DNA of 63,379 bases, counting the filler, from Dugesia japonica (Eukaryota): assembly GCA_001938525.1 (NCBI GenBank). It is 6 parts of 6 records of this genome, joined end to end, with 100 filler letters (N's around TTAATTAATTAA, not from the genome) between each part and the next. Parts side by side here need not be neighbours in the genome. Positions count along the whole stretch, not along the records: positions 53,831 to 63,379 come from MQRL01613947.1; 5 more parts are not named here. One strand, written 5' to 3'. A program made the translations under genes and the position numbers. Numbering within the stretch: the stretch's first letter is position 1; the number at the start of each line of letters is the position of its first letter. The notes under the pieces were generated by a model, which did not search any database, was not told where the DNA came from, and saw only the letters and a program-made list of their open reading frames with translations. This document shows, one piece after another, positions 60,786 through 63,379 of the stretch.

Positions 60786-63343
60786 CCAATTATTATTATT
60801 TATTTTGATAATTTAAATCATGATTTGCATTGTAAAAAATAAATATAAAACAATAAAATATCGATACTTGCATTTCGATAAAATAAAATACAATTTAAAA
60901 AAAAACCTTCTTCCATCATCTTTTCCATATCTCGGTGTCTCAGGATGATATCGACAATGCCCAATTTCATAAAGAGGAAAAATATCCTTGCAAATTTCAC
61001 ATTGGAGAACATTTAAATGTGACCAAAGACGCCAATAAATCATAGATGATGCATCAATAATAGAAGAATTATTAATTCTAAAATGTTGAACCCATTCAAA
61101 TAGTTGATCGTCAAGTTTCCAAGACTCATTGATTTCATGACAATAGATTATATTGCCACTAGAGTCAACACATAATCTTGAATCGACGCATTTAATATTT
61201 TGTTCAAATGTTCGAATTAAAATTTTTTCACAATATTTACACCTAAAAGTGAATATTTTTTAAAAANTTCATTATTAAATTAAAAAGATTTCAGAAGACT
61301 TTTCATGTTTATAAATTTACTACTAAAATAAAAGAGAAACATTTAAAATTTCTTTTTCATACAAATTAAACAAAGCCAAATATTCTGAGATTCAACTCCA
61401 CTAGTGAAAATTTTTATGAATGCCCAATTTAAACATTTCTGATTTTGCAAATTAATCTAAAAAGAAATACAACAGCAAAATGTGTAGAGTCTGCTTTAAA
61501 CGAGAATTTCTTGGTATACAAGGACATTATATGAAGACAACTTGGATTTACAAATGATGTAAAGATGAACCCGGTTTATGTTTGGATGGTGACAAGGACT
61601 ATTTTGAAATTTATCACATCAAATTCAGAGATGAACTTTCGAAAAAAATTACCCATTACGTACGTAACACGATTAGCTAATATACTGGTAACTAAACTTT
61701 TATTTAGAAATAATAAAGATATCTCTAATGCATTAATTCTCCTTATATTATAATGTTAGTATTTCGAATATGTTTTGAAAACTTTTTACATAAAAGTTTT
61801 TACCTTAATAATTGTTTTATATTATATATTACAGTGATTAGTATAGAAATATAAATAAATAACTGGTGTAGTAAAAATAGCAGAAACACAAGAAGAACTA
61901 TGAAAGTGATTCTCAGAAAGATTAGAATTTATGGATAAACTTAAATTTAATCTAGAATTGATGGTAAATATGAGATTTCTAATGGATAATTTAGTAAAAT
62001 TTCAAAAAATCGAACTGTCAACGGTTGCAAATGAGTTTTATGAGAATGAAATATATACTTTAACGAATAACTTCAATGAAGTTTTAAGTTATTCAACTCA
62101 TGAATTAAAACAATATGTCAGATCACGTTTGCTATCGAATGTTATGTAAATTGAAACCTCATTAGGTGAGTTTGTGTTTTCTCCGAGAATCATATTTTAA
62201 TAGATCTTGTTGATATGTGAGCTGTTAAATGATTGGCTAATTCAACAAATGGAATATTTATTTCAAAACATAATTGNATCGGGTCGATAGCTCAAAATAC
62301 ATAAATAAACTACTTATTTTCTAGCAATGCATTATGATAGGATAATTTCTCAATTTCTACAATAAATTATGAGGATAAAATTGCTTCATTTTCAAAATTT
62401 GACATATTTAAAATTTAGATATTATTAAATTGATTAAAAGGGGTTCTTTTGTGTGCTAAGTACGTAACCCGTTACTGCAATGGATCTAAATCAGTTTTTC
62501 TTAGGCATTTACGTATACAGCGAAAACTCTGTTAACATTTCAGCATATCAATTCATACAGCAATCGTATGTTTAACCACGTCTAATTGTAAGCCCCTCCT
62601 GCTACTTCTGATACTTTGTACACTAATTTTCCCATTTCTTTCGTATTCTAACTAAATTCATTTAATCCTCAAACGTAACAAAAGGGTTAAATTTAGATAT
62701 TTAAAAATTCCAATATTAAATACCGAAAACTCCAAAATATATTTTCATTGTAAACTTAATTTTTAATTATTCAATAAAATCATAAAAACTTATCGAAAAT
62801 ATTGATTCCACTATAAATTTACAAACTTAATTTTGAATTTAATTAATCTATTTTTTTAGATATTGAAGTCGAACTATCGATAAATCTAAACTTTGTAATT
62901 AATGTTTCCTTACAATAGAAAACTCGATAATTCTTAATAATAAATTTTCAAAAAATTGAATTTGGAAACATTTTAAGTAAAACAAATAAATAAATAACTT
63001 GAATAAATATGTTGCTGGAGCAATTGTAAAAGATTTACGACAATATTGAGAATCGTACAAATTTTCAATTTTGTTTTTTATCAAAGTACTAAAAAAAAAT
63101 TGGAAATAATAGAGTAACTTGATTTAAACAAAAAACCTTTTAATTTTGTCTTTCTTATCAATAATACTATCAATTTCTAAATCCGTAAATTTCTCAGCAA
63201 TTCTGAAGATAAATGACGATTGAGAAAAAATATAAAATTGATTTATATTACCGAGTAACCAATGAAGAATTTACACAATTGATATTACTTGATGCCAATA
63301 AATTATTAACGTTTTCGCAAATGAAATTGATGCATTCATTCAC
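53897..63343 (-). CDS. SANBR: SANBR/KIAA1841-like protein (SANT and BTB domain), internal exons: 63343-63252, 63202-63137, 63088-62999, 61242-60907, 57218-57140, 57090-56942, 54394-54304, 54255-54063, 54016-53897
   Basis: Spliced translation VNECINFICEN...LVTR|IAEKFTDLEIDSIIDKKDKIKS|TLIKNKIENLYD...LFK|CKYCEKIL...IYWRLWSHLNVLQCEIC...HCRYHP...YLCCGLKTLRFDPFQVNK|GCKAKDHIV...KWDSNKSMRYNQDSQRQE matches motifs I recall from vertebrate SANBR; all junctions are GT-AG and in phase (two donors have alternatives). Confidence 0.85.
54440..55360 (+). mobile_element. Tc1/IS630-like transposase relic in a SANBR intron
   Basis: FLDET and DNCTIHK catalytic-like motifs, NPIEE motif; heavily disrupted. Confidence 0.55.
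55740..56410 (-). mobile_element. Pogo/Tigger-like relic (CENP-B-type HTH)
   Basis: ELSLKQKVAFISDHEKSKNGCRKLASMY; repeated TGTCCG motifs at 56268-56400. Confidence 0.6.
57494..57532 (-). ncRNA. Minimal hammerhead ribozyme motif (degenerate copy)
   Basis: Minus strand GTCAATTC-CTGAAGA-A-AAC-AAG-GTC-AAAA-TATC-AAATTG; G12 mutated. Confidence 0.55.
57647..57685 (+). ncRNA. Minimal type I hammerhead ribozyme motif with intact core
   Basis: CTGAAGA (57655-57661), extra A, stem II GAC-aag-GTC, GAAA, palindromic ATAT helix III, AUC cleavage triplet; helix I partly mismatched. Confidence 0.65.
58180..58530 (+). mobile_element. Mariner relic
   Basis: IDKWIPHELTE and PKVMGSVWWSSTGLIHYSFL. Confidence 0.75.
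59590..60280 (+). mobile_element. Probable LTR-retrotransposon gag fragment bracketed by a ~95-bp direct duplication
   Basis: FYGSLDTAEDWIQ gag-like motif; repeat at ~59591-59686 and ~60179-60274. Confidence 0.45.
60627..60800. repeat. (ATT)n microsatellite spanning an N gap
   Basis: Perfect ATT runs. Confidence 0.95.
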
Positions 63344-63379
63344 CTAAAATTAGTATTTCATTGTCAATTATATATATAT

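Noticed and set aside
61400-62200. Short plus-strand ORFs in a SANBR intron
   Set aside because: Probably TE debris, but no motif I could assign.

Overview
Very AT-rich metazoan genomic DNA, not prokaryotic: spliceosomal GT-AG introns of about 43-59 bp, type IV collagen, (AAT)n microsatellites and dense degraded transposons. This profile suggests a planarian or other flatworm, but the taxon is an inference. The window is an artificial concatenation of six scaffolds joined by five identical 100-bp linkers (44 N + TTAATTAATTAA + 44 N), so adjacency across a linker is not biological. Host genes: 3' part of a collagen IV alpha chain (NC1 domain), 5' part of a mitochondrial glutamate dehydrogenase, nine exons of a SANBR/KIAA1841-like gene, and one unassigned exon. 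Mobile DNA: an internally deleted, decaying Polinton/Maverick (adintovirus-like) endogenous viral element (packaging ATPase, integrase with chromodomain, major capsid protein, adenain-like protease); several Ty3/Gypsy relics, two sharing a -1 frameshift cassette and one LTR family with TG...TA ends; a Ulp1-protease-bearing relic; a Penelope GIY-YIG relic; three minimal hammerhead ribozyme motifs; and mariner/Tc1, MULE, hAT, Helitron and pogo remnants. All family calls come from motif recognition by eye; no database search was run.
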